Shown one piece after another: positions 10,366 through 19,467 of a stretch of DNA of 64,000 nt; the stretch's first letter is position 1, and each line of letters opens with the position of its first letter. Location: the NCBI GenBank assembly GCA_038279365.1, contig JAYODI010000003.1, positions 70,616 to 134,615 of the forward strand. The letters run 5' to 3'. Position numbers and translations under genes: made by a program. Source of the stretch: Candidatus Latescibacterota bacterium. Lineage in GTDB: Bacteria > Latescibacterota > UBA2968. The notes below the pieces were generated by a model. That model was not told where the DNA came from. It saw nothing but the letters and a program-made list of their open reading frames with translations, and ran no database searches.

Positions 10366-11232
10366 ATGACGGATCAAGGGCGCGCATTTTTTCATGAAAA
10401 TGGGTATTATATTTTGCGAGAAGCATTTGGCAAAGACGAGTTGGCTGTATTGCGTGAGCGCGCACGGATTATTCAAGAACGGGTGCGCAAGGCGCCTATA
10501 AAAGGAACACGATTTTTTGGTGTGCCCGATTCGGTGACCAATGATGTCCAAAAAGGGCCCTATACTTGGGGTGTGAATGAAATTACGCGACCTGAGTTAT
10601 TTGATGCGGTGTTGATCAATGCCTTGGGCAGTGAAAAGATTGATGCTGTTTTAACAGCTGTGATTGAAGAACCGCGTGCTTGGGGGCTTAAAATCTTGTG
10701 GGCACCCCAAGTGGTGGATTACGATTTGATTTGGCATCGTGATGTGGCCGACAAATTGGAACCCGTTATTCCTTATAAAGACCCACGTAATGATCATGTA
10801 CAGTTTAATGCTGCATTGGAATACGATGATTCTTTCATTGTGATTCCCAAAAGCCACAGACGCCCACTTACGCCCGATGAACTTTCGATGCGCCGACAAA
10901 ACACTGCTACATTGCCGGGGCAGTTGCGTGTGGAATTAGACCCGGGTGATGTTGTGTTTATGGATGCGCATGCATTTCACCGCGGACAAGCAAAGGCTGG
11001 CGCACCGCGATTGTCGTTACACTTTTCAGTTCAGGCGCAGTGGGTGCCGCTTAAACCTTGGGGAGAACCCGAACATTTTGCATGGATAACATCGGATGAT
11101 TTTATTGGGCAATTGGCCCCACGGTTACAACCTTATTATGAACGGCTTAAAACAGCAGAGACAGTTGATGATGCCATGGGGTGGCTTGTGCAACGGGCAC
11201 GAGATGCAGGTTGGTCGGGTGAATTGGTTTGA
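10366..11232 (+). CDS. phytanoyl-CoA dioxygenase (PhyH) family Fe/2OG oxygenase
   Basis: FHENGY, WHRD (HxD), VIPKSH, PGDVVF...FHRG; ATG at 10366. Confidence 0.88.
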   Translation: MTDQGRAFFHENGYYILREAFGKDELAVLRERARIIQERVRKAPIKGTRFFGVPDSVTNDVQKGPYTWGVNEITRPELFDAVLINALGSEKIDAVLTAVIEEPRAWGLKILWAPQVVDYDLIWHRDVADKLEPVIPYKDPRNDHVQFNAALEYDDSFIVIPKSHRRPLTPDELSMRRQNTATLPGQLRVELDPGDVVFMDAHAFHRGQAKAGAPRLSLHFSVQAQWVPLKPWGEPEHFAWITSDDFIGQLAPRLQPYYERLKTAETVDDAMGWLVQRARDAGWSGELV

Positions 11233-11252
11233 GGTTTTAAGGAGAGAGTGAG

Positions 11253-12224
11253 ATGCCATTAACAGAAAGTGAAATTGCGCAATTTTACAAAGAAGGATAT
11301 GTGGTTAAAGAAAGTGTGTTTACGCCTGATGATTTACAACCTTTAAAGGTCGGTCTTACAGGCGTGATTTCACGCGCAGTAAATCAGCTTGTGGCAGATG
11401 GGAAGTTGGATAAAACTTTTGAAGAAGAATCGTTTGAAAGGCGATTGGCAGCCATTTGTGAATACAATGCAGAAGCCGGTGATGAGGTGATGCGCATCCT
11501 TAAGGGGCAAGGAGGCGGTGGTTTTAAAGAACAGTCGATGTTAGACAGTTTGCGCCACAAGCCTTTAATTGATTGTATTGCCCAGTTGGTGGGAGACGAT
11601 ATTGTGGGGTCATCGGTTTACCGGGTGCGCCCCAAAGTGCCCAACCATGTGTCTGGTGAAGTGCCGTGGCATCAAGATTCGGGATATTTTTTGCCGCATT
11701 GTGATACAGAACTGATTGTGACGTGCTGGATTCCGTTGGTCGATGCCAATTTAGACAATGGATGTTTGTATGTCATCCCTAAGGCACAGAACGCTGGCAT
11801 TTTTAGGCATTATACGGGTGGGCACGGCAATTTTTTAGAGATTGTTGCCGACGATTTGCCTGCTGAAAAACCCATCGCCTTAGAAATGACCGCAGGATCT
11901 GTTTTGTTTATGACCAACTTAACGCCACATGCATCGTTTGAAAACAAAACCAATCTGGTGCGTTGGAGCATTGATTTGCGATATCACAGCTTTGATGTGC
12001 CCAATAATGTCGGTGAAGATCCCGCTGATTATGTGGCAGAGCGTGATCCTGTGACCATGGCGTGTTATCCGCCCGAAGCCGATTTTGTGATTCGCGATAC
12101 CCAAAACCCAAACCGTGAAGTGAAAGATATTGAGACGTTTCAAGCGATTCGGAAACGGTTTGAAGCAAATCGCCCCAAAAGCCCTGGGCGCGGTTGGACA
12201 CCTTTGAGTGAACGGTCTGTTTGA
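11253..12224 (+). CDS. PhyH family Fe/2OG oxygenase
   Basis: FYKEGY, PWHQD, WIPLVDA..DNGCL, TPHAS..N...RWSIDLRY. Confidence 0.92.
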   Translation: MPLTESEIAQFYKEGYVVKESVFTPDDLQPLKVGLTGVISRAVNQLVADGKLDKTFEEESFERRLAAICEYNAEAGDEVMRILKGQGGGGFKEQSMLDSLRHKPLIDCIAQLVGDDIVGSSVYRVRPKVPNHVSGEVPWHQDSGYFLPHCDTELIVTCWIPLVDANLDNGCLYVIPKAQNAGIFRHYTGGHGNFLEIVADDLPAEKPIALEMTAGSVLFMTNLTPHASFENKTNLVRWSIDLRYHSFDVPNNVGEDPADYVAERDPVTMACYPPEADFVIRDTQNPNREVKDIETFQAIRKRFEANRPKSPGRGWTPLSERSV

Positions 12225-12284
12225 AAACGTCTGTGTGGTTTGTTACCCAGTGAATATTTTATTTTAACCTTTTATTAGGAAAAT

Positions 12285-13295
12285 GTGATGCCTAAGACTT
12301 ATAATGTACCTGCGAAGTCGGGTATTCGTGTGCCTGTTGATGTGATGGAAAAGTTTGTGTGTGAGTTGTTTTTAGCAGCAGGAACGTCACAAGATCATGC
12401 GCAACATATGGGGGTGACATTAACGGCCAATGATTTGCGTTGTGTATTTAGCCACGGTACGCGACAGGTGGGCGCTTATGTGCCTCAAATGTTACATGGG
12501 CACACCAACCCGCGCCCTCAGGTGACTGTGATTGAAGATGCGCCCGCATTGGCTATTTTAGATGGCGACGGTGGTTTGGGTTATTTTCCTGCACACAAGG
12601 CTACGGAGATGGCCATTGAAAAGGCGTTGGCTTTGGGTGTTGCGGCAGTGACCACACGCAACCATTTTCACTTTGGTGCAGCAGGCAATTATTCGCGTAT
12701 GGCCATTGCCAAAGATTGTGTGGGCATTGTAACATCGTCACACCGATATCGCCCCAAAGCCGGTGCTTCGGTCATGACCGCTTCGGGTGTGTCGCCACTC
12801 AGTATTGCTGTGCCAACCGAAAACGAACCGCCATTTGTTTTGGATATGGCGTCTCATTTTTTGCCCCGCGAAGACGATTTGATGGCACAATTCCCTGCGG
12901 CGTTTTTTAAGTCGTTGGGTGTGGCTGCGGCAATGCACGCATTGGGGGGGATGTTAACGGGCATTTGGGAAAGTGGATTTCAATATTCGGGCGAAGGTGA
13001 TGGTGCGGCACCCCATCAGGGTGCGTTGGTTATTGTGTTGGATATTAAGCGTTTTGTGGGTGTGGATAAATTTAAGAAGGAGATGGATCGGTATATTGAC
13101 GATGCACACCAAACCAATCCGTTGCCTGGGTTTGATCGTGCGGAGTTGGCCGGTGGGATGGAAGTGATTTGGGAGCGCGAACAGCGCGAGAAAGGCATTG
13201 GCGTAGACGATCACCACCGCGGGGTTTTGGAGAAGATCGCCGAACAGGTGAAAGTGGATGCGCCATTTGCGGCGTATGAAGGTTCGAGATTTTAA
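12285..13295 (+). CDS. Ldh_2 family oxidoreductase (malate/L-lactate/sulfolactate dehydrogenase fold)
   Basis: DLRCVFSHG, DGDGGLG, HFHFGAAG, VLDMAS. Confidence 0.88.
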   Translation: MMPKTYNVPAKSGIRVPVDVMEKFVCELFLAAGTSQDHAQHMGVTLTANDLRCVFSHGTRQVGAYVPQMLHGHTNPRPQVTVIEDAPALAILDGDGGLGYFPAHKATEMAIEKALALGVAAVTTRNHFHFGAAGNYSRMAIAKDCVGIVTSSHRYRPKAGASVMTASGVSPLSIAVPTENEPPFVLDMASHFLPREDDLMAQFPAAFFKSLGVAAAMHALGGMLTGIWESGFQYSGEGDGAAPHQGALVIVLDIKRFVGVDKFKKEMDRYIDDAHQTNPLPGFDRAELAGGMEVIWEREQREKGIGVDDHHRGVLEKIAEQVKVDAPFAAYEGSRF

Positions 13296-13323
13296 GGTGT
13301 GTGTCGCGATGAAAGGATGATAA

Positions 13324-14619
13324 ATGCCTGAAAAGAAAAACATCTTATTTATGTTTGCCGATCAGATGCACGCTTTTGCGATGGGGTGTATGGGCACAGA
13401 TGATATTCATACGCCCCATTTGGATCAATTGGCCAAAGAGGGTGTGTTGTTTCGCAATTGTTATTCCAATGCGCCAGTGTGTACACCGTTTCGGGCGGCG
13501 TTGGTGTCTGGGCAATATGGATCGCAGACCAACACATTGCGCAATCAGGCGTATATTCCAGAAGGCACACGCACATTGGCCGGGGCGTTAAATGAGGGTG
13601 GTTATCGCACGGGATGGGTGGGCAAATGGCATTTGGGAGCCACGGGGAATCAGTGGATACCACCTGAGTTGCGGGCAGACTTTACCGAGTTTATTGGTTA
13701 TCAGGCTTATAATGATTATTTACACGGGGTGAAGTTTTTTGACGAAACGGGCAAAGAACATTGGTATGATCGGCATCGAACGGATGTGACAACCGATATT
13801 GCCATTGAGCGATTGGAAGGGATGAAAGACGGGCCATTTGCGTTGTTTGTGTCGTATCAAAACCCACATTATCCTGAACAACCCGCTTTTGTTTATGACA
13901 AGATGTATAAGGGCAAGACGATCAAGCGACGCCCCAATTGTGAAGAGGTAGACCCCTATACCAAAACAGCAAGCCCACCGAGCCCCAAACCCGTTGAGAA
14001 TGATCCACTGTATCAGCGATATGGCAATAATTTGGATGAATACCTACGGGCTTATTATGCGATGGTGACCCAGTTGGACGCCAATGTGGGGCGTATGTTA
14101 GACGCTTTGGATCGACTGGGTTTGCGTGAAAACACAGTGGTGATGTTTACCTCTGATCATGGTGATATGCAAGGCAGTCATGGTTTGATCAATAAGAGTT
14201 TGCCCTGGGAGGAGTCGAGCCATATTCCATTGGTGGTGCGGGCACCGGAAGGCGCACAAGGTGCTGTGGTAGATGATTTGGTATCGGGTGTGGATTTTTT
14301 TGCAACGTGTGTAGATTATGCGGGGTTGCCACCCGAACCGAGTGTGGAGGGTGATAGTTTTGCGCCGATGGTTGTTGATCCGAGTAAGAGATTGGACCGT
14401 GCTATTTTTTCAGAAATGCGGCCTTGGTGTATGGTGCGAAAAGGGGCATTTAAGTTGGTGGTGCAAAAGGATGGGTTTGAAACTACACATTTGTTTGATT
14501 TAGAAAATGACCCCTATGAAATGAACAATTTATTGGGTAAAATCGATTATAACGAGAAACAAAAGGAATTGTTTGAAATTTTGAAAACCTGGCATCAAAA
14601 AGTGACAAAAGTATCATAA
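13324..14619 (+). CDS. sulfatase (Cys-type, formylglycine-dependent)
   Basis: CTPFR (CxPxR), GKWHLG, SDHG, LFDLENDPYE. Confidence 0.95.
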   Translation: MPEKKNILFMFADQMHAFAMGCMGTDDIHTPHLDQLAKEGVLFRNCYSNAPVCTPFRAALVSGQYGSQTNTLRNQAYIPEGTRTLAGALNEGGYRTGWVGKWHLGATGNQWIPPELRADFTEFIGYQAYNDYLHGVKFFDETGKEHWYDRHRTDVTTDIAIERLEGMKDGPFALFVSYQNPHYPEQPAFVYDKMYKGKTIKRRPNCEEVDPYTKTASPPSPKPVENDPLYQRYGNNLDEYLRAYYAMVTQLDANVGRMLDALDRLGLRENTVVMFTSDHGDMQGSHGLINKSLPWEESSHIPLVVRAPEGAQGAVVDDLVSGVDFFATCVDYAGLPPEPSVEGDSFAPMVVDPSKRLDRAIFSEMRPWCMVRKGAFKLVVQKDGFETTHLFDLENDPYEMNNLLGKIDYNEKQKELFEILKTWHQKVTKVS

Positions 14620-14669
14620 CAAAGCAGTTTAATTCGTATCCGAGCGTTCAAATCATTTGGGAGGGTGAT

Positions 14670-15212
14670 ATGAATATGGATGATTATGGAAAGGTTTTAA
14701 AAGCGGCGCATTTCGCGGCTGAAAAGCATCGCGATCAAAGGCGCAAAGATAAAGCACAAACGCCTTATATTAATCACCCTATTGCGGTGGCAGAAACATT
14801 GCGCCTGTTTAATATGGATGATGTGGATGTGTTGTCCGCGGCGATTTTACACGATGTGTTGGAAGACACGGATGCTTCTCCTGGAGAAATTGCCGAAGGC
14901 TTCGGTATGGGCGTTTTGGCACTTGTGAAGGAGATGACGGATGACAAATCTTTGCCTAAGCAGACGCGTAAAGATCTGCAAATTGAAAATGCACATATGT
15001 TATCGGAAGGTGCCAAGCTGATTAAATTGGCCGATAAAATTTGCAATTTGCAAGACATGGTCAAAAGCCCACCTGAGGGGTGGCCGATGTCGCGATGTTT
15101 GCAATATGTGGATTGGTGTGACGCTGTTGTCGAAAATATGGGGCGAGTACATGCGGGTTTAGAATCGCGTTTTGAAGCGGTAAGTGAAGAGGCCAGAAAA
15201 GCATTTGGCTGA
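14670..15212 (+). CDS. HD-domain small alarmone hydrolase (Mesh1/SpoT-hydrolase-like)
   Basis: HRDQRRK, PYINHP, LHDVLEDT, IKLADKICNL; no synthetase domain. Confidence 0.88.
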   Translation: MNMDDYGKVLKAAHFAAEKHRDQRRKDKAQTPYINHPIAVAETLRLFNMDDVDVLSAAILHDVLEDTDASPGEIAEGFGMGVLALVKEMTDDKSLPKQTRKDLQIENAHMLSEGAKLIKLADKICNLQDMVKSPPEGWPMSRCLQYVDWCDAVVENMGRVHAGLESRFEAVSEEARKAFG

Positions 15213-15334
15213 CATTTATGCGCGTCTAAATCGCCCATGTTTAATGGCCTGCCTATATTTCTTATGGCACATAAAGGGTGTGTATGTCAATTATTGAGTC
15301 ATATGGTTTTATTGGGGGTGTTTGAAAATGAACC

Positions 15335-15367
15335 TGCGGGTTATTGTTATCGATAACCCGCATTTTT
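15335..15367 (+). terminator. intrinsic terminator-like hairpin
   Basis: TGCGGGTTATTG-ttat-CGATAACCCGCA followed by TTTTT. Confidence 0.7.
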
Positions 15368-15391
15368 GTCGTATGGATAGGAGGCTAACGG

Positions 15392-16993
15392 ATGATTTAT
15401 GGCAAACAAGAAGCACCGAAGCTTTTTAATGATGAACAAATGCGTCAATATATAACAGATGGGTATGTGGTATTTAAACCCGATGTGCCTCAGGATATAC
15501 ACGAGACGATTCGTAAAAAACTTCAAGTGATGGTGGATGATGAGTTCAATTATGGAAACAATGTGTTGCCTCGTGTGCCTGAAATGGATCGTATTTTGAA
15601 CAGCCCAGAAGTACGGGGTGCGTTGATCAGTGTGTTGGGGCCAGGGTATATTGAACATCCGCATCGGTTTTGTCATTATATTGGTCCAGATGCTGAAAAA
15701 AAGACATTGGCGAAAAACTGCCATCAAGATTCTTATACGCCATTGGGAAGGCCGAGACAGCACTATTCTCGGTTTGCGCGCATTATGTATTATCCGCAAG
15801 ATTCGCCCGTTGAAATTGGGCCTACCCATGCCATTCCTGGCACGCAATATCACAAATGTTTGACAGATGAAGATCGACAAAATACGATACCTATGGCAGG
15901 CATGGCCGGTACGGTGTCTGTGACACATTTTGATATTGGGCATGCAGCTGGTATCAATGAGATGCGTGCACCTCGACATATGATCAAATTTATTTATGTG
16001 CGCGCCACCGAGCCCACAGCACCTTCGTGGGATTGTAAGGATATGATGTGGCGCAATCCTAAAAATTTTGATGCACCTTTTGATTTGCATTTGGCGTGGT
16101 CTCACCTGTGGGATTGGATGTGTGGCAAAACGGATTTATATGAGAGTTTTCGTGCTTTAAATAGCCACCCAATGGATGACGATCTTGGGGCTTTACTGGC
16201 TCCAGATCGTGCCACACAAATTGCGGCAATGCATGCGGTTGCTGCGTCGATGAACACCGATGCCATTCCTGCACTGATACAAAAACTCAATGGCGAAGAA
16301 CAGTGGACACGTTTAACAGCCGTTTATGCTTTGGGTGCAATGGGCGAACCTGCCATACAGCCTTTGGTCGATTCTTTGGTTGCCTCTGCAGCAGATGTGG
16401 ATGACGACCCGGTGCCCAAACTTTGGAATGAGGGTGCGGTTTCTATGGATGATGCCGCACATGCACTTGCAGCAGTGGGACAATCTGCTGTGGATGCTTT
16501 GATTGGTTTGCTTGATCATGAAAGTGAGTGGGTGCGTATTAATGCGGCGTTTGGACTTGGAGAGATGGATTCTACAGCGGCCAAAGCAGTTCCTGCATTA
16601 ACGCGGTGTTTGGATGACGGCTCTCATTGTGTGGTGCGTACTGTAACCGATGCGCTGAGTTCGATTCGGCAAGATGAGCAGACATTTATGCCTCCGCTTG
16701 GGCAGTTGCTCAAAATGGGGCGACCGGGCTGGCATGAGGATGTTCGAAGAGGCTGGACACCCTATGAGCAAGTGCGTATTAATGCGGCTATGGCATTTGT
16801 TCGTTTGGGAAAAGATGCGGCTTCGGCTGAAGATCTGTTGCTTGAAACATTGGCCGATCCCAATGGCCATGTTGCCGCACATGCTTTGGATGCTTTGCGT
16901 AGAATTGGAACGCCATCGGCTATGGACGGTGTTTTAGAATATCTGATGTCGCGAAGATGGGATGAGAGTTTGACCAAGGGTGTGACATTTTAA
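15392..16993 (+). CDS. PhyH-family domain fused to C-terminal HEAT (PBS-lyase-like) repeats
   Basis: DGYV, CHQD, IPGTQ, IGHAA in the N-half; repeated VR..AA.ALG helices in the C-half. Confidence 0.85.
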   Translation: MIYGKQEAPKLFNDEQMRQYITDGYVVFKPDVPQDIHETIRKKLQVMVDDEFNYGNNVLPRVPEMDRILNSPEVRGALISVLGPGYIEHPHRFCHYIGPDAEKKTLAKNCHQDSYTPLGRPRQHYSRFARIMYYPQDSPVEIGPTHAIPGTQYHKCLTDEDRQNTIPMAGMAGTVSVTHFDIGHAAGINEMRAPRHMIKFIYVRATEPTAPSWDCKDMMWRNPKNFDAPFDLHLAWSHLWDWMCGKTDLYESFRALNSHPMDDDLGALLAPDRATQIAAMHAVAASMNTDAIPALIQKLNGEEQWTRLTAVYALGAMGEPAIQPLVDSLVASAADVDDDPVPKLWNEGAVSMDDAAHALAAVGQSAVDALIGLLDHESEWVRINAAFGLGEMDSTAAKAVPALTRCLDDGSHCVVRTVTDALSSIRQDEQTFMPPLGQLLKMGRPGWHEDVRRGWTPYEQVRINAAMAFVRLGKDAASAEDLLLETLADPNGHVAAHALDALRRIGTPSAMDGVLEYLMSRRWDESLTKGVTF

Positions 16994-17048
16994 TAAGTTG
17001 TGATGTTTGATAATGGGCCTGTTTACATTTTGATAAGAGGACGTGTTT

Positions 17049-18041
17049 ATGGCAGACAAAGTTCGGTGGGGGGTTATCAGTACGGCGGGAATTGCGGAGA
17101 AGTCTTTTATTCCTGCACTTGGCGAAACGACTCGGGGCGAACTGGTTGCAGTTGCGAGTCGAGACCGCAATAAGGCAGAGGCATTTGCTCAAAAGCACGG
17201 TATTCCAAAGGTATTTGATGATTATGCCAGTTTGCTTGCAAGCAACGAAATTGACGCCGTCTATAATCCATTGCCCAATACAATGCATGCCGAATGGACG
17301 ATTGCGGCTGCGGAACATGGCAAGCATATTTTTTGTGAAAAGCCATTGGCGATGTCGGCGGAAGAAATTACGGCGATGTCTGACAGTTGCAAACGCGCGG
17401 GTGTAGAACTTGTCGAAGCGTTTGTATTTCTTTTTCATGACCAAACAATAAAATTGCGTCAGCTCTTAGACAGCGGTGTGATTGGAGGGATTACGGCCAC
17501 ACATGCTTATATGAATTTTAACATTCCTCGGCCTTCGGACAATATTCGGCTGAATAAAGGTTTGGGTGGTGGGGGGCTATTGGATGGTGGTGTTTATCCA
17601 CTGACTTTTACGCGGTTTGTTTTTGGAGAAGAACCCATTGCGGTGCAGGCTTCATGCCTTTTTGATAAAGATTATGGTGTGGATTTGCGCACCAGTGCTG
17701 TACTCGAATTTTCGGGTGGTCGGTTTGCCACGATTCAAATGGCTATGGATGGACAAGGTGGGCAAGGGGCATCTATTTATGGAGAGAAGGGTTTTATTCA
17801 GGTGGCGCAACCTTATCACCCACGCAAGGGTGCCCTTGTGTCTGTTAAATCGCCCGAGGGTGACGAGACATTTTCTGTTGATGTGGCTCGCCATCCGTTT
17901 ACGCAGGCCATTGAGCATTTTCACGATGTGTTGCTCGATGGCAAAAAATTGGCTGTGCCTGCAACCAATGCACTGGGCACAATGGCAATTGTTAAGGCGA
18001 TTTTTGAATCTGCCAAAACGGGCAAACGTGTGACCCTTTAA
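17049..18041 (+). CDS. Gfo/Idh/MocA family oxidoreductase
   Basis: VRWGVISTAGIA, AVYNPLPNTMH, CEKP, GGGGLLDGGVY. Confidence 0.93.
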   Translation: MADKVRWGVISTAGIAEKSFIPALGETTRGELVAVASRDRNKAEAFAQKHGIPKVFDDYASLLASNEIDAVYNPLPNTMHAEWTIAAAEHGKHIFCEKPLAMSAEEITAMSDSCKRAGVELVEAFVFLFHDQTIKLRQLLDSGVIGGITATHAYMNFNIPRPSDNIRLNKGLGGGGLLDGGVYPLTFTRFVFGEEPIAVQASCLFDKDYGVDLRTSAVLEFSGGRFATIQMAMDGQGGQGASIYGEKGFIQVAQPYHPRKGALVSVKSPEGDETFSVDVARHPFTQAIEHFHDVLLDGKKLAVPATNALGTMAIVKAIFESAKTGKRVTL

Positions 18042-18071
18042 GTGATGTGATGATTTCTATAAGGAGTAAAC

Positions 18072-18344
18072 ATGTGTAGAAATATAAAGACCCTTTTTAA
18101 CTATATGCCTCCTGCCACAGAGGAAGAAATTCGGGCGGCTTCCGTTCAATTTATTCGCAAAATAAGTGGATCAACCAAACCTTCAAAAGTGAATGAAGCC
18201 GCTTTTAAAAAGGCAATTGATGATGTTGAGGCTACGGTTCGTGAACTCTTGAGAAACTTGGTTACAACTGCACTACCCAAGGATAGGGAAATGGAACGAC
18301 AAAAAGCACTGGCTCGATCCGCACAAAGGTTTGGTACGATATGA
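18072..18344 (+). CDS. DUF2277 family protein
   Basis: MCRNIKTLFN..PPATEEEIRAASVQFIRKISG pattern; AAGGAG RBS. Confidence 0.9.
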   Translation: MCRNIKTLFNYMPPATEEEIRAASVQFIRKISGSTKPSKVNEAAFKKAIDDVEATVRELLRNLVTTALPKDREMERQKALARSAQRFGTI

Positions 18345-19426
18345 AGCATCTATTAGAACCCCTTCGTTTTAGCCACGGGCCCGAGATGAAGAATCGCTTT
18401 GTGTTGGCACCGCTGACAAACCAACAAAGCCATGAAGATGGCCAATTGTCTGAGGAAGAATTTCATTGGCTTACCTTGCGTGCCAAAGGCGGTTTTGGTT
18501 TAACCATGACATGTGCATCGCATGTACAAGCCATAGGAAAAGGGTTTTCGGGGCAGTTGGGGATTTGGTCAGATAATCACATTGATGGATTACTGCGTTT
18601 GGCCACCGAGATCAAGTCGCATGAAAGCATTGCGATTGTGCAGTTGCATCATGCGGGGATGCGTTCACCCAAAGATGTGATTGGCGATACGCCGGTATGT
18701 CCGTCGGATGATGAAAAGACGGGTGCTCGTGGGTTGACAAACTCAGAGGTTAAGATGCTTATTGCCGATTTTGTTGAGGCGGCAGTACGGGCAGAAAAAG
18801 CGGGTTTTGACGGCGTGGAGATACACGGCGCACATAATTATATTCTGTGCCAATTTTTTAGTTCTGAATTTAATCGGCGAGACGATGAGTACGGTGGCAG
18901 TTTGAACAATCGGTTTCGCATTTTGTTTGACATTATTGATGGCATTCGCAGCAGGTGTCACAAAAATTTTATGTTGGGCGTGAGGCTTTCACCCGAGCGA
19001 TTTGGCATGCGATTGGGTGAAGTCATTGAGATGGCACAACGATTGATGACGGAAGACAATATCGACTTTTTGGATATGTCGCTTTGGGATGTGTTTAAGG
19101 AGCCCGAGGAAGAGGCTTTTAAAGGGCATACTTTGATGCATTACTTTACCCGATTGGATCGGCACAACACACGCCTTGGCGTGGCGGGTAAAATTCGCAC
19201 ACCCCAAGAGGCAGAAGCAACACTTGAGGCGGGTGCCGATTGGATTATGCTTGGGCGTGCGGCGATGTTGCAACATGATTTTCCCAATCGCTATCAGGCA
19301 AACCCTGCGTTTAAACCTGTTGAAGCACCAGTAACACGTGCGTATCTCACTCAGGAAGGGTTGTCTATAAAATTTCAAGATTATATTCGGCCACGGTGGC
19401 CAGAGTTTTTTGTGGATGAAGGGTAA
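18341..19426 (+). CDS. NADH:flavin oxidoreductase (Old Yellow Enzyme family)
   Basis: NRFVLAPLT, QLHHAG, AGFDGVEIHGAH, NRRDDEYGGSL. Confidence 0.93.
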   Translation: MKHLLEPLRFSHGPEMKNRFVLAPLTNQQSHEDGQLSEEEFHWLTLRAKGGFGLTMTCASHVQAIGKGFSGQLGIWSDNHIDGLLRLATEIKSHESIAIVQLHHAGMRSPKDVIGDTPVCPSDDEKTGARGLTNSEVKMLIADFVEAAVRAEKAGFDGVEIHGAHNYILCQFFSSEFNRRDDEYGGSLNNRFRILFDIIDGIRSRCHKNFMLGVRLSPERFGMRLGEVIEMAQRLMTEDNIDFLDMSLWDVFKEPEEEAFKGHTLMHYFTRLDRHNTRLGVAGKIRTPQEAEATLEAGADWIMLGRAAMLQHDFPNRYQANPAFKPVEAPVTRAYLTQEGLSIKFQDYIRPRWPEFFVDEG

Positions 19427-19467
19427 TTGGCTTTGCCCTTATTATTGCCACAGCGTAAGGAACTGAT

